64,000 bases of DNA from Octopus vulgaris (lineage: Eukaryota): positions 41,168,001-41,232,000 of the forward strand of contig OX597821.1 of the NCBI GenBank assembly GCA_951406725.2, given 5' to 3'. The position numbers and the translations under genes are program-made. Positions 1 through 13,052 of this stretch are shown piece after piece (within the stretch, counting starts at the first letter, position 1; each line of letters begins with the position of its first letter). Under the pieces are notes generated by a model. That model saw only the letters and a program-made list of their open reading frames with translations, was not told the DNA's origin and made no database searches.

Positions 1-590
1 GTGACAAGCTGCATCACTGTGGCGAATTCTGAAAAGATTCTGCAAAGTTGGGCTGTCAGATGCACAAGCTTGTCTTTCATGGTTCAGGTAATGTTTTTCA
101 GGAGTTGTATTGCCAGATAAACCCTCCCAGTTTTGGTGAGGTGGGTAACTTTCCCCAACCATCATAGACCTTGCTTGTCTTCAGAACATCAGCAGAGCAA
201 CAATGAATGAATCTCTTGGTAGACTTTGAACATTGTAGTCTTATTGTGTACAGAATGTGGTGCAGGAGGACACATCACTAAAAAAATAGTTTTAATCCTC
301 TGTCAAGAAGTTCCCAATGGATTGAGAATAAAACATGTATGCTGCCAGAAATAGTTAGTGTCAATGGCGCTCCAACCAGTAGCTGACCTTAAGTGCCACA
401 AGGGGTGAAATAAGAGGGAAGGGAGCAATGAGGATGTGTGTTAGGTAATTGTGACAAGACTGTGGTCAGATGATCCTGCAGGTGCCGAGACATTTATCGT
501 TATAGAAGAGAGAAAAATGATCACAGTGATTGGAGCATCTGGGGCACATACAGAGGAAGAGATAAGCTGATGTAGAGAGTTGTGAAATAC
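1..590 (-). mobile_element. Degenerate CR1/L2-group LINE fragment (end of APE endonuclease and downstream linker)
   Basis: Minus-strand reading gives NVSAPAGSSDHSLVTIT (APE 'P.G.SDH' motif), then LWHLRSA...FWQHTCF, resembling the post-endonuclease W-x-Y-x-x-A...W...CF block. Stops and frameshifts present. Confidence 0.5.
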
Positions 591-1111
591 AAAGGAATTT
601 GTTTCTGCAGTGGTTGCATCAATATGGAATGGTTAAGAGCCATGATGTGTTGAAAGCATTAAAGTTACTAAAAATGATGACTGCAGAGAGAGGGGGAAAC
701 GAGACATATGTTCCTCAATATATATCAAAAAGTTGTGTGCATTTCACAAAGATGTTTGCAAACTTAGTTTGTAAAGAGTTCTATGAATTAAAGCTAATAT
801 CTCAAAAATATTTTCATGTTAAAGCAATATTTGACACCACAGCTGATACATTTATATACTTATTTTGATTATAAAAACATAACAAACTGTTAAATTTAAA
901 GAAAACAAACTGCATAATTCTAACTTACCAATTAAATGTGTTAATGATTGCATTCGAATATTTGATTAGGCAGAAAAAAATTGTGGTTGATTTTTTTTTC
1001 AATGGGGGGAAAAAAAATTATGATTTTGTGCTCTCTTAAATTGTTCATTACAAATCTATATTGTTTGATATTGTATACAGGGATACCTTTAAGATATTGG
1101 TTTTAAAAAAA

Positions 1112-1621
1112 GTGTGTGTGTGTATGTATGTGAGTGCATGTGTGAGCACTCACAAAGAAATATATGCATATATGTATATATATATATGCATGTATGTACA
1201 AGTATGTGTGTGTGTGTGTGTGCATGTCTGGTGTGTGTTGTGTGTGTGTCTGTGTGTATGTATGCGTCTGTGTCTGTTTGTCTGTGTGTGAGTCTGTATT
1301 GGGTGTGTGTGTGTATGTGTATGCATGTGCGGTGTGTGTTTGTGTTGGGTGTGTTGTGTGTGTGTGTGCATGTGTGTGTGTCTGTTTGTCTGTGTGTCTG
1401 TGTGTGTGTCTGTATTGGGTGTGTGTATGTGTGCATGTGCATGTGTGTGTGTATGTGTGCATGTGCATGTGTGTGTGTATGTGTGCATGTGCATGTGTGT
1501 GTGTCTGTGTTGGGTGTGTCTGTATGTATGTGTGTCTGTGTGTGCATGTGAGGGGTGTGTCTGTGTGTGTGTCTTTATTGAGTGTGTGTTGTGTGTGTCT
1601 GTATGTGTGTATGTCTGTGTG

Positions 1622-1666
<45 letters not shown>

Positions 1667-1672
1667 GTGTAT
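1112..1672. repeat. Compound (TG)n/(TGTA)/(TGCA) microsatellite
   Basis: Direct reading; accounts for the C/V- and H/T-rich ORFs in the track. Confidence 0.95.
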
Positions 1673-1750
1673 GTAATCTGAGTTTCTTTCTACTGCAAAC
1701 TTTGCAATTTTTCTATTTTTCTATTCTTTCTTTCTCACTAAATTTAACAG

Positions 1751-1780
1751 TTTCTTATATTTATGAACCCATTCTTCCAG
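1751..1780 (+). CDS. Candidate 30-nt micro-exon of an unidentified host gene (phase 1: VSYIYEPILP)
   Basis: Long pyrimidine tract, ctaa branch-like motif and ttaacAG acceptor; consensus CAG|GTGAGT donor; length divisible by 3. No homology evidence. Confidence 0.35.
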
Positions 1781-3072
1781 GTGAGTTCAGTGGTTTTCAT
1801 CACAAACTCCTGCATCACATTTCAACTTTATAAAATAATAAATTACAAAATAATATATAGAAGCAAAAAAAAAAAAGAACGTCAAAGGTTTCTAAAAAAC
1901 AGCTGAAGCTCAAAATACAACTATTGGATGCCGAAATGATAGCAAATAATTGCAAATGAAATGTCAGATTTTAATCTGTAGATTTAATATTTTATCCAAT
2001 ATTTTATATGAAACATCTAATATTCACAGCAAAAGATCAAACGAATATCACCAAAAATGAAACAGCAGCATAGAGAAGCTTGTAAAAAATTTACTAATAA
2101 ATAAAAATAATTTGATATTTTGTTGAAAAAAAATTCCTCAATAATAGCAGCTAAATTGTTAATTTGTTTAGTACAAATGGTTGTGTCTTAAATCAGCATA
2201 AAATGTTTCTCCAATGAAATAAAAATATAAAACTGTAATAAAAGAAAGCATTGATAATTGTGTAAGTATTGATAAACATTTTCTTTAGAATATTATCCAA
2301 GGCTAGAAGGCAAACAAGATCAATTTTTACAGAACTCCATGTTTTATGCAGCTTTTAATTGCAAAGTTAGTTAAATTAAATTTCATTAAATAATTAGATT
2401 AAGCTCAAAATCCTTAAAGGCAAAGGATTGGAAATATGAGTATTTCTAAGATCTGTGAATGCAATGAATTATTCTTAAAACTTTCCACAGCTTTCTTTTT
2501 CTCTTCTCTCTTCTTTCCTTTTCTCTTCTGCTTTTCTTTCTTTAATGCTATGCCATAATTTGATAAAATACTATATCCCAGAGCTGGTATTTTAAAATAA
2601 TTTTTGTGTATGAGATATTTTTCAGTGGTTTCTCTATATATATATATATTATTTTATGAATATTAATTTTTGGTTTAATTGTTAGTTAACCTATGTAATA
2701 ACCTTTAAAGTAAATTAGTAAAATACTTGAAATATTAATAATAAAATGTTCAGTGTGTTTGTAAAATTATTGATTTCTTTTTACTTAATTTACATGGCCA
2801 ATTTTTTCAGAAGATTCATAATTAATATAATGAATTGTAGTATATTACTGATGCTTATTTTATTGAACTGGTTGGCATGAAAAATAAAGAATAACCTGAC
2901 AAGATTTGAACTCAAAACAGAAAGATATAAATTAAACGTTTAACTATTTATACAGGTGTTATACTGATTCAGTGCTTTTAATGAGTCAAACATCATAAAG
3001 CAAATGAGATACAAGTGTATGTGCATACACTCAGGTGGAATTTAATCACACAATATACATAGAATAAATATC

Positions 3073-3078
<6 letters not shown>

Positions 3079-3164
<86 letters not shown>

Positions 3165-3191
3165 TATAAATCCATATATATATATATATAT
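3079..3191. repeat. (TA)n microsatellite
   Basis: Direct reading. Confidence 0.95.
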
Positions 3192-5228
3192 CCATGTATT
3201 AATCAATCCTATGTATAACATGGAAGGTCTAACATTGAAATGAATTGGAAATGTGAAATGACCATTCTTGCCTTTCCTGAAGACATTAGCAGTGAAGGAA
3301 TTGAATGGCTTCAACTAAAGATTAAACATGTGTTATGCTCTCTGCCTATAATGAGTTTTCAGTTTGCTCTATAGCACTTGTCATAATTCAATGTATTTAT
3401 TGATCAATGTATTTGATTTTGCAATTGCTAGCCATCAAATTACTTCTCAATTTCCAGTTAATTTGTTGACCTACAATTGATTTATTTTCCTAACTTTGCT
3501 TTCTTAGTTTGCAACCAGATAAAGCATAAACAATTTGATTTGTGTGTTTATGTGGTAACTGGGTCTCTAAAGATTATGTTTCATAGAACTTGCTACTGCC
3601 AGAGGTAAGCAATCTGTTTCTTTAGCAAAGACAGAATGGCCCAAAGTCAAGATACACAAACTTAAATTGGTGTTCTTAGAATCAGAGATTACTTACTGTG
3701 TCAAAACCAATAATTTCTTTGGTTGAGTATGTTTTAAAAGTAGATTATGATTCTGGATATAGAAAATGTATATGGCCTTTTCGTTTTTGTTTTTGTTTCT
3801 TGTTTTTGTTCTGAAAAGAGAGATTTTTGTTCCACACATCCTCCTTCCTGCAATGTTTAATTTTGACATTAAAAACAAAAAAAACAAAAAAATTCAGGAT
3901 TGTGTATTAAGAAGTTGAACGCACTTTTGAAGAATCATAATCTCAGATTTTTGAGACATAAAACTGAAGAAAATTTCGAAATAAAGTTGAATGTTATGGG
4001 AAGATGGTGGGTGGATTTAAAGCCATTTCCTCAACCTTTTTCTTTTCTTAAGAATTATAATTTAGAATATCTAAAATATATAAATAAATTATGGTTTTGA
4101 TAATCTCTAATGCTATTTTTGAATGGTACCACTTTAAATTATTTAAATTCCTGAAATTACAAGCAGTGGCCTTCAGCATCTGAACATTTTTGATTCCATT
4201 CAATACATGAATGCCAAACTCTTCTTAGAGTATCTGTGATAATGTTATCAGCAAATGGAGATTATTAACACTTTTAGGGTTTCCATAATTCTGGATCAAT
4301 TCACGGAGAGGCTGACATTAGATTAATCCTCCTACAGAAAAAAAATAAATTTCACACATCAGGTTTCGAGGCGTAAGTGACCATTCACCTGGATCTCATC
4401 TCCCAACAAATTTTCCTGAAAGAGATTCATTTAAATAATTTTTCACGTTAATTACAAAATTTGATAGAATTCCATCATATGAAATACACATTTTACATTG
4501 TTCCGACAAAGAAAATTTGCCAAATTTAATGATAGGAAAGTATTGTAAGCATGGGCAATACTTGTTATTCTGTTATTCCTCCTGTTATTCTATGCTCAGA
4601 AATATATAAATATTTAACGGAATATCTCTGTCCAAACTGTTATTCTTGGATTAGCAGAATGTTATTAAAGGACCAGTGCCTGTGTGGAAAGTGGACATAA
4701 AAGGCAAATGATGAGAACAACAACAATGGTGATGATGATGATAACAACATTGAAAGCCAGACTGAAGATGATGATGATGATGATGATGATGATGATAACA
4801 ACAGTAGTAACAACAAGAAAGACAACAGTGACAGTGGTGGTGGTGGTGTTGGTGGTGGAAATGAAATTTCTAATTAATCCAGCTTTTTAGGTCATATTAT
4901 GACCTTCATTCCTATACTATAAACCTATGAGTTTTGTCTGGTTTTCATCTTTTGCATCAGAAATGTCCTGCTAGAATGTTCCACAACAGCATGCATAAAA
5001 GAGAATGTTTTCTCTCACATTTTATCAAATTGCATGTTCTTCTGTGTTTATTTATGCTCCAAAACTCTTATTTATATGGATGATCAATCACTGTTATTTC
5101 TAGCAATACTCACATATACATACTCACGTCCACTTTTACACATGACATGCAACCTAGATGCTTTGTACCAAACCCTGTCTAGCAGGAAGTCTTTAACAGA
5201 GACATGAAGACTCTTGTCTCCTATCATT

Positions 5229-5430
5229 CTTTTGTCTCTTGTTTCAGCCATTAGACTGTGGCCATGCTGGGGCACCACTTCAAAGAATTTTTAGTGGAAT
5301 GAATCCACCCATGTACTGATTCTATTGGTCAATTTCGCTAAACTGCTAAGTTACAGGGTTGTAAACACCAACATTGGTTGTCAAGCAGTGGTGGGGGACA
5401 AGCACTGACACTTTCACACACACACATATA
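5229..5430 (-). mobile_element. SINE family A, 3' half
   Basis: cttgtttcagccattagactgtggccatgctggggcacc matches the tail of the full copy at 25250-25660. Confidence 0.85.
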
Positions 5431-5726
5431 TAATGAACCTATAATGACTACTGGAAACAGCTGTAAGCCAAATTTGCTCCAATCAAGGCATTATATGTAG
5501 TGATCATTATTTTTAAATAGTTTCTTATATATCACTCTGTAAAAACCAGTTTATCGGGAGCCAATCCATAGATTTACAATGTAGAATTGTGACGAACCAT
5601 AACTTGGAACTCTACCAAAAGACTGCTTGGAGTTCTTCACTAATCTAAGTAACATTGTTAGCCTGGTGTGTGCCAACAGAGCGCTTATGAAGTATTTTGC
5701 CCGGATTGATAATCCCTCACTATTTG

Positions 5727-5773
<47 letters not shown>

Positions 5774-5788
5774 CATACACATATATAC

Positions 5789-5826
<38 letters not shown>

Positions 5827-5830
5827 ATAA

Positions 5831-5903
<73 letters not shown>

Positions 5904-5945
5904 TTGATATACATACATACACATGCATATGTATGTTTTGTCATA

Positions 5946-6110
5946 TGACAGGTTTCTTTCAATTTATGTCAACCAAATCCACTCACAAGACTTTGGTCAG
6001 CCTAAGGTAATAGTTGAAGACACTTTTCCAAGGTGCTATGTGCTATGCAGTGGGACTGAACCCAGAACCATTTGGCTGGAAAGCAAATGTGTTATCATAC
6101 AGGAAACCAT
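5946..6110 (-). mobile_element. SINE family A, 5' half (tRNA-derived head)
   Basis: ccaaatccactcacaagactttgg...gtgggactgaaccc (B-box GGTTCAGTCCC on the minus strand). Confidence 0.85.
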
Positions 6111-6547
6111 GAACCTATGTTCAGCTTCTTCCACAAGTTAAAACACATGATGATGTAATAAATCATTAGTCATATATAAATCATATATAAATCATTAGTC
6201 AATTTTTAATGAAAATCTTGTATTTTTATTTCTCTAACATTGTGAAAATTGTATTGTAAATTCTTCTTAAAGAACAGAAAGTACTCCATCTACTCCACGT
6301 GCAGTAGATTAATGAACTGGGGTCAGTTGGGGATTCAGAAGGTCGCAGTTATGAAGTGGATGGTTTGTGAAATTATTTAGGAAAGAATTTGAGGGGGGGG
6401 GGGGGCAGAGTAAAAGGAAGAGAAAAACATTAATGATTAGATTTAAGTAGTTCAGAAGAGAACTTGTTTGGTTGTAGAAACAACAGAGAGAGAGAGAGAT
6501 GGGGAGTAGTAGTAGCATATCAATCAAAGAAGGTTTATTAATTAATT

Positions 6548-6760
6548 GGTTTCAAATTTTGGCACGAGGCCAGCAATTTTGGGAAAGGGTTAAGTTGATT
6601 ACATTGACCCCCAATGTTCAACTGGTATATATTTTATGTACCCCAAAAGGATGAAAGGCAAAGTCGACCCCAGCAGCACTTGAACTCTGTGTGTAAAGAT
6701 GGAAGAAATATCACTGTGTTTCGTCCTGTGTGCTAATGATCCTGTCAGCTAACTGCCTTA
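6548..6760 (-). mobile_element. SINE family B (Deu/Nin-like central domain)
   Basis: aaaggatgaaaggcaaagtcgacc is the reverse complement of the GGTCGACTTTGCCTTTCATCCTTT core shared by all family B copies. Confidence 0.85.
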
Positions 6761-7689
6761 ACAATTAATTGAACGACTATTTTATAGTCAAATTAAAACA
6801 CTGGTTCAAGTAGCAGCAGCTCTACCCAGATATGAGGGCAAGTACCCTAATCTAAGTTGCATTTGTCCTTTTAAAATGTCAGCAGATGTTTACTTAAAAG
6901 AAACAACTGAAAGTATTCAGAAAGTAAAAGGAAGGAGTACAAGAAATTAAAACTGTTTCCAAAGAGATATATTTAAAAATGAGCTTGTTTTCTGCTGCTG
7001 CTGCTGCTGCTGCTACACTTGATTGGTGATATCTTCTTTAATCAAAATGCCGCCAAACCAGACTAATGGCAAATATAGTTCCCACTGGGTGACAAGCATC
7101 TACATATTGTTCTTGTTAGCTTCAATGCTAGAGATTAAAAAAATGGCAAAGTCACTTTGAAGTGAAAACAATATTAGAAGAAGAGGCCAGCAGAACAGAT
7201 CAAAGATATGTATACAGATATTAAAGAACTTTTGGAAGAGACAAGGTACGAAAAAAAAGAAAATGATAAAGAGGGAATAATATAAATGCATTAGACTGTT
7301 GCCTAATATAGATCTATAAACAACATGCAGACTATGTCGCACTCTGTTGAAAATTACATAAAATAATATGGAAAGATATAAAGTAAGGAAGATAAAAGCG
7401 TTTTTTTTAGTCAGTTCAGGAACGATTTTCCTACAAGTAGAGTATAGAGTCGGTAATATATATATAAAGCCATTTGGATTAACCCATTATATTATTGGTA
7501 CTTATTTCATTATTGTTGTGTCTTTTTTAAGTCTCAGATGTTCAGAAAGCTTGTTCTTATACCCAGTTTCAATGTCATTACTCAGATGAAGGTCAATGTT
7601 CTCTTGGATAGTCTGCTAGTGTATCAAGAGTAATTCTCCAAGGCATGTTTTTATCTATTCTGTAGCTAAAAAAAAAAAAAAAACAGAAA

Positions 7690-7950
7690 TCATCATCATC
7701 ATCATCATCATTGTTTAACGTTCGTTTTCCGTACTAGCATGACTTGGACGGTTCGACCGGGGTCTGGGAAGCCAGGAGGCTGCACCAGGCTCCAGTCTGA
7801 TTTGGCAGTGTTTCTACAGCTGGATGCTCTTCCTAACGCCAACCACTCTGTGAGTGTAGTGGGTGCTTTTTACGTGCCACTGGCACAGGTGCCAGGGGAA
7901 GCTGACAGCGGCCACGATCGGTTGGTGCTTTTTACGTGCCACCGGCACAG
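7690..7950 (-). mobile_element. RTE-LINE 3' tail fragment with (CAT)n tail
   Basis: Matches the 3' UTR of the RTE copy at 36851-38093 (ctggatgc..ttcctaacgccaaccactc..gtgtagtgggtgctttttacgtgccac). Confidence 0.85.
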
Positions 7951-8329
7951 GTATCACAACACTCTGGAAATTCAGTGAAGGAAGCTGAAGCAGCATTAAA
8001 TTAAAATAGCCACCTATGTATCATACTTAATGCAATGTATATACACAGTTGACAAGGAAGATATTGTGGTTTTCATCCAAGGTATTCTCACTTATAGATG
8101 TGGTGTGTTAAAAGCACAATATCAATATATCAAAGGGAAGCAAAAGATCATACCAGCAGTGGCAAGCGAGAACACCAAATGCATTTCAGTCTTGTTGAAC
8201 ATTATCAATGATGTCTACTCACAGCCACATGCCTCCAAAAATCCGTCACATCTGATGCATCTGGTATTATCACGAACTGCTGCTGGAACAATTTTTCATC
8301 TCTCCTCAGCATATATATGTTAAATATTA

Positions 8330-8483
8330 TACATACATAATTTACATTATTTACATTTGACGGATATTTGTCCTCATCTTGTTTGTTGTTAACACAACGT
8401 TTTGGCTGATATACCCTCCAGCCTTCATCAGGTGTCTTGGAGGAATTTCGAACGTGGGTTCTCATTCCTAAGGTATTTTTCGA

Positions 8484-8516
<33 letters not shown>

Positions 8517-8539
8517 CATTATATTATTATTATTATTAC

Positions 8540-8599
<60 letters not shown>

Positions 8600-8680
8600 C
8601 ATTATTATCATCATCATTATCATCATCATCATTATTATCATCTTCATCATCATCATTATTATCATTATTATTATTATTAC

Positions 8681-8736
<56 letters not shown>

Positions 8737-8807
8737 TCACTGCCTGGAATCGAACTCGGAATCTCGGGGTTAGTAGCCTGCACTCTTGACCCCTATGCCA
8801 CATGCTC
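8330..8807 (-). mobile_element. Putative SINE-like element: tRNA-derived head + (AAT)n + hammerhead-bearing tail
   Basis: Minus strand: head 8807-8735 with A-box TGGCATAGGGG and B-box GAGTTCGATTCC; (AAT)n 8732-8486; tail containing a hammerhead motif. Confidence 0.7.
8392..8435 (-). ncRNA. Minimal type I hammerhead ribozyme motif (G12 mutated in this copy)
   Basis: ACAC CTGATGA A GGCTGG-AGGGTATA-TCAGCC [A]AAA CGT T GTGT: stems I and II pair, palindromic ACGT stem III, GAAA changed to AAAA at a CpG. Confidence 0.75.
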
Positions 8808-9803
8808 GTGGACATATACATACATAGTTGGTTATTCTAATTACTTTGGGACTGAAATGGCTGTAGCGGATTATGACTTCAAGTACCAGTATTTTTGTTG
8901 GTGCTGTTGCAATATAAATTTCTCTTTGATGTATAACAATATATCTATTGTGAAATTACTTTGGAAACATGAAAAAAGTAATAAACCGTTTCTATCAATG
9001 AGACATTTATGAATATTAAAAGACATTTTAAAAGTAACAGATTGCAGTGATAAAAAGAGAAAATCTAGGACATGAATTAAATATAACATAGAAAAATAGA
9101 AAGTTTGTTTAAAGAGACTTAGGAAGAAAAAAAACCTCCTTAGATGTGTAATAGTGGACAATTTTGAAGTAGTAAAAAGAAAATAATCAGCATTAAATAA
9201 ATCTAAACTTAAAGTTGATTCTAGATCACAACTCAAGGTTTGTTCAGACTAAAACTGTTTTTTTTTTCTTAAAATAAAAAGAGTAGCAGCAGAGTATGTG
9301 CTGACTGTGACAAGACAATTGATTAGGTTGTCGTTAACCATCCATCTTCAGACAAATATTTATTCGATTCAGCGTCATTCAATTTAGTTTCCTTGTAAGT
9401 GAGTGTAAAGAAAAATTATTATATTTTATTGATATATGGAAATGAATGACATATTTGAGATGTTTGAGTGTTGGAAATGTTTGGTAGTTCTATAAAATTA
9501 CTTCACAAACAAAGAAGATGCTGGGTAGCAAGTGTACAGCACTCAACATGTCTGAAACGGAAAAAAGAAAATCAGTTTTATATTACAACTGCAACACAGT
9601 TTCTATCTTATTGCTAGTTACATGTGTTCATTTCACACAACCTACAATGCTTCGTTTTAAGAGTAAAAAATACGAATACACGGTTTGTGTACTGGCTTCT
9701 CTCACTCAATATTCACAGTATTGAGTTCCAAGTATTGAGCTATATGTTCAAGTATATTGTTTTTCCTCAATATAACTCACACACACACACACACACACAT
9801 ATA

Positions 9804-10630
9804 CAGGGTGTGAGGGTAAATAGTCACCATTTTATATTTTTAATTTTGTGCAGGCACATTGTTTGTTTTTGATTTTGTCAACTACACAGTATAGTAGGGG
9901 CAGTTGGGCACCGTCTGTGAGTAAAACAACACCATGATGCAATTCACTCTGCCAAAAATTTGGAAGCGACATGCTGTACTGCTTGGCATTTACCCCAGAA
10001 ACTCCAATACGATTATTTCAGAGTGTTTGGACGTCCATCTGAGGACATGTACTGAGAGTGATAAAAATCAAATATCCAGTGATGGCAACGTTAGAGCTCC
10101 ATTCATCTTCCCACATGGCCTCTCACTCAACACTGAGGCTTATGTAAAGTGCCTGGAGAAGGTAGTGCTGCCCTGGGTCAAGAGGGTTGCTACTGGAAGA
10201 CCCTATGTTTGGCAACAGGACTCCGCACCATGCAACACAAGTAGGAGAACCCAGTTGTGGTTGTCAGACAATTCCTGCGACCACATCACCCCTAACATCT
10301 GGCCACCTAACTCCCCACACTGCAACCTCCTTGATTATTATGTGTGGGATGCAGTTGAGTGAAAGACCAACAAAATTCCTTGTAACACCAGAGATAAACT
10401 GAAGGCATGGATTATGGCAGCATTCACCCACTTAAACAAGAAGACCATCCAGAAGAGTTGCAGGAGATTCTGAAGTCGTCTGGAGGCTAGGGTTGAAGTC
10501 AATGACGAATCTATTGAATAAATTTACTCTTTAGTATTTCAAGATATTTTTATGTAATTTTGGTAAATATATCTGTTAAAATGAGATGCCTGTGTTATTT
10601 TCATTTTTGCGTAATTTAGTCAACAGTTTA
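9804..10630 (+). mobile_element. maT/DD37D Tc1-mariner transposon remnant (internally deleted, right TIR truncated)
   Basis: TA|CAGGGTG start; ORF 9934-10362 has WQQDSAPC...WPPNSPHCNLLDYYVW with 37 residues between the last two catalytic Asp. Confidence 0.9.
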
Positions 10631-10781
10631 TTGGTGTTAGTAAGGGCATCCAGATGTAAAAACCCTGCCAGAGTAGACACAGTAGCCTGGGGTAGTTGTC
10701 TACCTGGCTGGCTTCTGTCAACCATCCTACTTATGCATGCATGGAAGATGGACATTAAACGATGATGATGATGATGATGAT
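10631..10781 (+). mobile_element. RTE 3' tail fragment (inverted local copy of 15710-15885)
   Basis: catggaagatggacattaaacgatgatg tail; near-identical reverse complement at 15.7-15.9 kb. Confidence 0.8.
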
Positions 10782-11055
10782 ACACAAACACACACACACA
10801 CATGCAAAAGCATGGCAGTTTTCCATCTCATTTTCTCTTATTTTCACAGTCCAGCATCCTTGTTTTTAAAGTACTTTAATGCATAAACAAAGCCTGAAAG
10901 TTTGGTTGGAGATACATGATGTATTTTATAAATATGCCCAATTATAGTATCTTAAAAGCATGAAACTATAAGTAGCTCTTTCGGTAAGTGTATTGAATTG
11001 ATATACATACATACATGCATGCATATATGTATATACATATGTGTGTGTGTGTGTG

Positions 11056-11101
<46 letters not shown>

Positions 11102-11384
11102 TATATATATATATATATTAATTTATTCTTATATGTAGCCTCATAATTACATGCTTTGTTTAATTTAAAAATGAAAACACAATCATATTTGTCTACAGAC
11201 TCATATAGATATTGTCACAATCATACACTCATTCAGTCACACACATGTACACACATATTTCGATGTGGATGAGAAACAATAACACAATGAGTAAATTACT
11301 TTCTGTTTATTGTTAAAATAGATTAAACTAAAAGACTCAATGATTAAATGGTGAACTAAATATTAAAGACATTATAGATTTCCT

Positions 11385-11615
11385 ATTCAACTTGTTTTGA
11401 TCATTAGACTGTGGCCATGCTGGGGCACTGCCTCGAAGAATTTTTAGTCGAATGAATCAACTCCAATACTTATTATTTTTCTTTCATAAGCCTGTTACTT
11501 ATTCTATCAGTTTCTTTTGCTGAACTGCTAAGATACATGGACATAGACACACCAACACTAGTTGTCAATGAGGTGGTCAGAGACAAGCACATATACAAAG
11601 ACACACACACACACA
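11385..11615 (-). mobile_element. SINE family A, 3' half
   Basis: tcattagactgtggccatgctggggcactgcc family A tail. Confidence 0.85.
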
Positions 11616-11629
11616 TACGTGTAAATATA

Positions 11630-11890
11630 TATAAATACCAAATATATACGTTTTTATTATTATTTTGCAATTTACTTAATCATTGGTATATTATTGTTAT
11701 TTTATTTTTAATATTTCTTTTATATGTAATTTTCTAGATGGTGTAATTTCATTGTTCATTTTGAATTGATAAAAGGTGGTTTTCTCTAATTTTTATATAT
11801 ATATATATCATATTTTGTGAAATTTGATTTAGTATTTCTAAACTGAATTTTTCCCTGTAAGTTTGGAATAATATTCCCTCAAATTATAAT
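11630..11890 (+). mobile_element. Short TA-embedded element (same family as 49830-50220 and 61870-62330)
   Basis: Shares gataaaaggtggttttctctaattt and the terminal tttttccctgtaagtttgga...tattccct with those copies. Confidence 0.7.
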
Positions 11891-11934
<44 letters not shown>

Positions 11935-11936
<2 letters not shown>

Positions 11937-12780
11937 AAGAGAAGTGCGGAGGATAATCCTCATTGCAAGGCTCAGACATAGCAGAACAAGTTGATGTCAG
12001 TCCCAGAACAGCTGTCGGGTATTTTCACAAACTTGGTTACTATGGCAGAACCACTTCTTCGACCACCCAACACCAAGTGGAGAAAACATTGGGTCAGTGA
12101 GATGGTGGAGAGGTCACAAGCATTTTGGAACACTGTCTTATTCTCTGATGAGTACAGATTTGCTGTATTTTCTGACAATGGTCAAGTGTGGGTCTGGAGA
12201 CTCTGTGATTAAGAATTTGATGTGAAAACATTGCAGCCAACAATCAAACAGGGCAGCTATTCTGTGATGGTCTGGGGAGCAATTTGAGGCAATGGTTGAT
12301 CAAAGGTAGTGGATTGTGAGGGAAACATAAAATCAGATAAATATGTGTCCATATTGCAGAAAGGATTCCTTCCAAACTTCTCCATTGGTGAAATGATTAA
12401 AGAAGACTCTTTATTTATGGAAGATGGGGCTCCTTGTCACATGACTAAAATGACCCTAGATTTGTTGGATGAGAATGGCATTAAAAAGCCTCCATGGCCA
12501 AGTCAGTCACCAGATATGAACCCTATTGAACACCTCTGGGACATAATGGACAGGACACTTCATAAAAAGGACAGGAATGCATCTTCAAAGCCAGATCTTT
12601 GAAGATTACTGCATGAAACTTGGCGAGAAATTCCACAAGAGAATATTCATCATCTGATCAGTAATATGCCTTATAGGGTCCTTGCATCGAAAAATGCAAA
12701 AGGCATGTCAACTAAATATGAAATATTATCATTATAACAATCAATAAATAACCTGAATGTATAATTTCAGATTGAAATAA
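11935..12780 (+). mobile_element. Tc1 (DD34E) transposase pseudogene
   Basis: WNTVLFSDEYRF...VMVWGAI...FMEDGAPCH...WPSQSPDMNPIEHLW with D-34-E spacing; in-frame stops. Confidence 0.92.
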
Positions 12781-12795
12781 ATTATAATGATTATA

Positions 12796-13052
12796 GTGGA
12801 GGCACGTGGCTTAGTGGTTAGGGTGTCAGCACCATGATCATAAGATTGTGGTTTCGATTCCTGGACCGGGCGACACGTTGTGTTCTTGAGCAAAACACTT
12901 CATTTCAAGTTGCTCCAGTCCACTCAGCTGGCAAAAATGAGTAACGCTGTGATGGATTGGCATCCCATCCAGCTGGGGAATGCCATAGAAACTGGGAAAC
13001 CAGGCCCATGAGCCTGGCTAGGCTTTAAAAAGGCGCATTTATTATATTATTT
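12796..13052 (+). mobile_element. tRNA-derived SINE family C (CORE-like), full length with 15-bp TSD
   Basis: A-box TGGCTTAGTGG, B-box GGTTTCGATTCC, CORE-like gtgttcttgagcaaaacactt; ATTATAATGATTATA at 12781-12795 and 13053-13067. Confidence 0.88.

Noticed and set aside
1061-1833. Overlapping ORFs up to 173 aa rich in C/V or H/T; same pattern at 14.0, 16.0, 18.0, 25.8, 34.0 and 57.3 kb
   Set aside because: Translations of dinucleotide microsatellites, which lack stop codons in several frames.
3697-3752. Minus-strand 56-nt exon candidate (ttttctatatccAG...ACA|GTAAGT); similar candidate near 47211-47278
   Set aside because: Plausible splice signals, but no recognisable protein and no phase-compatible partner; cannot be separated from chance.
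3962-3990. CTGAAGA-AAATTTC-GAAA hammerhead-like string
   Set aside because: No credible stem I, II or III pairing.
5454-5467. GAAACAGCTGTAAG resembling the 3' half of a hammerhead
   Set aside because: No CUGANGA partner; the region better matches the reverse complement of the old repeat at 23548-23590.
8205-9012. 192-aa poly-N and 191-aa poly-L ORFs; likewise 26503-27111, 30189-30605, 39526-40043 and 13321-13662
   Set aside because: Trinucleotide microsatellite translations.
12798-12875. tRNA-like sequences at SINE heads (also 8735-8807, 61625-61695)
   Set aside because: A/B boxes are present, but the cloverleaf is broken and they continue into repeat bodies; they are not tRNA genes.
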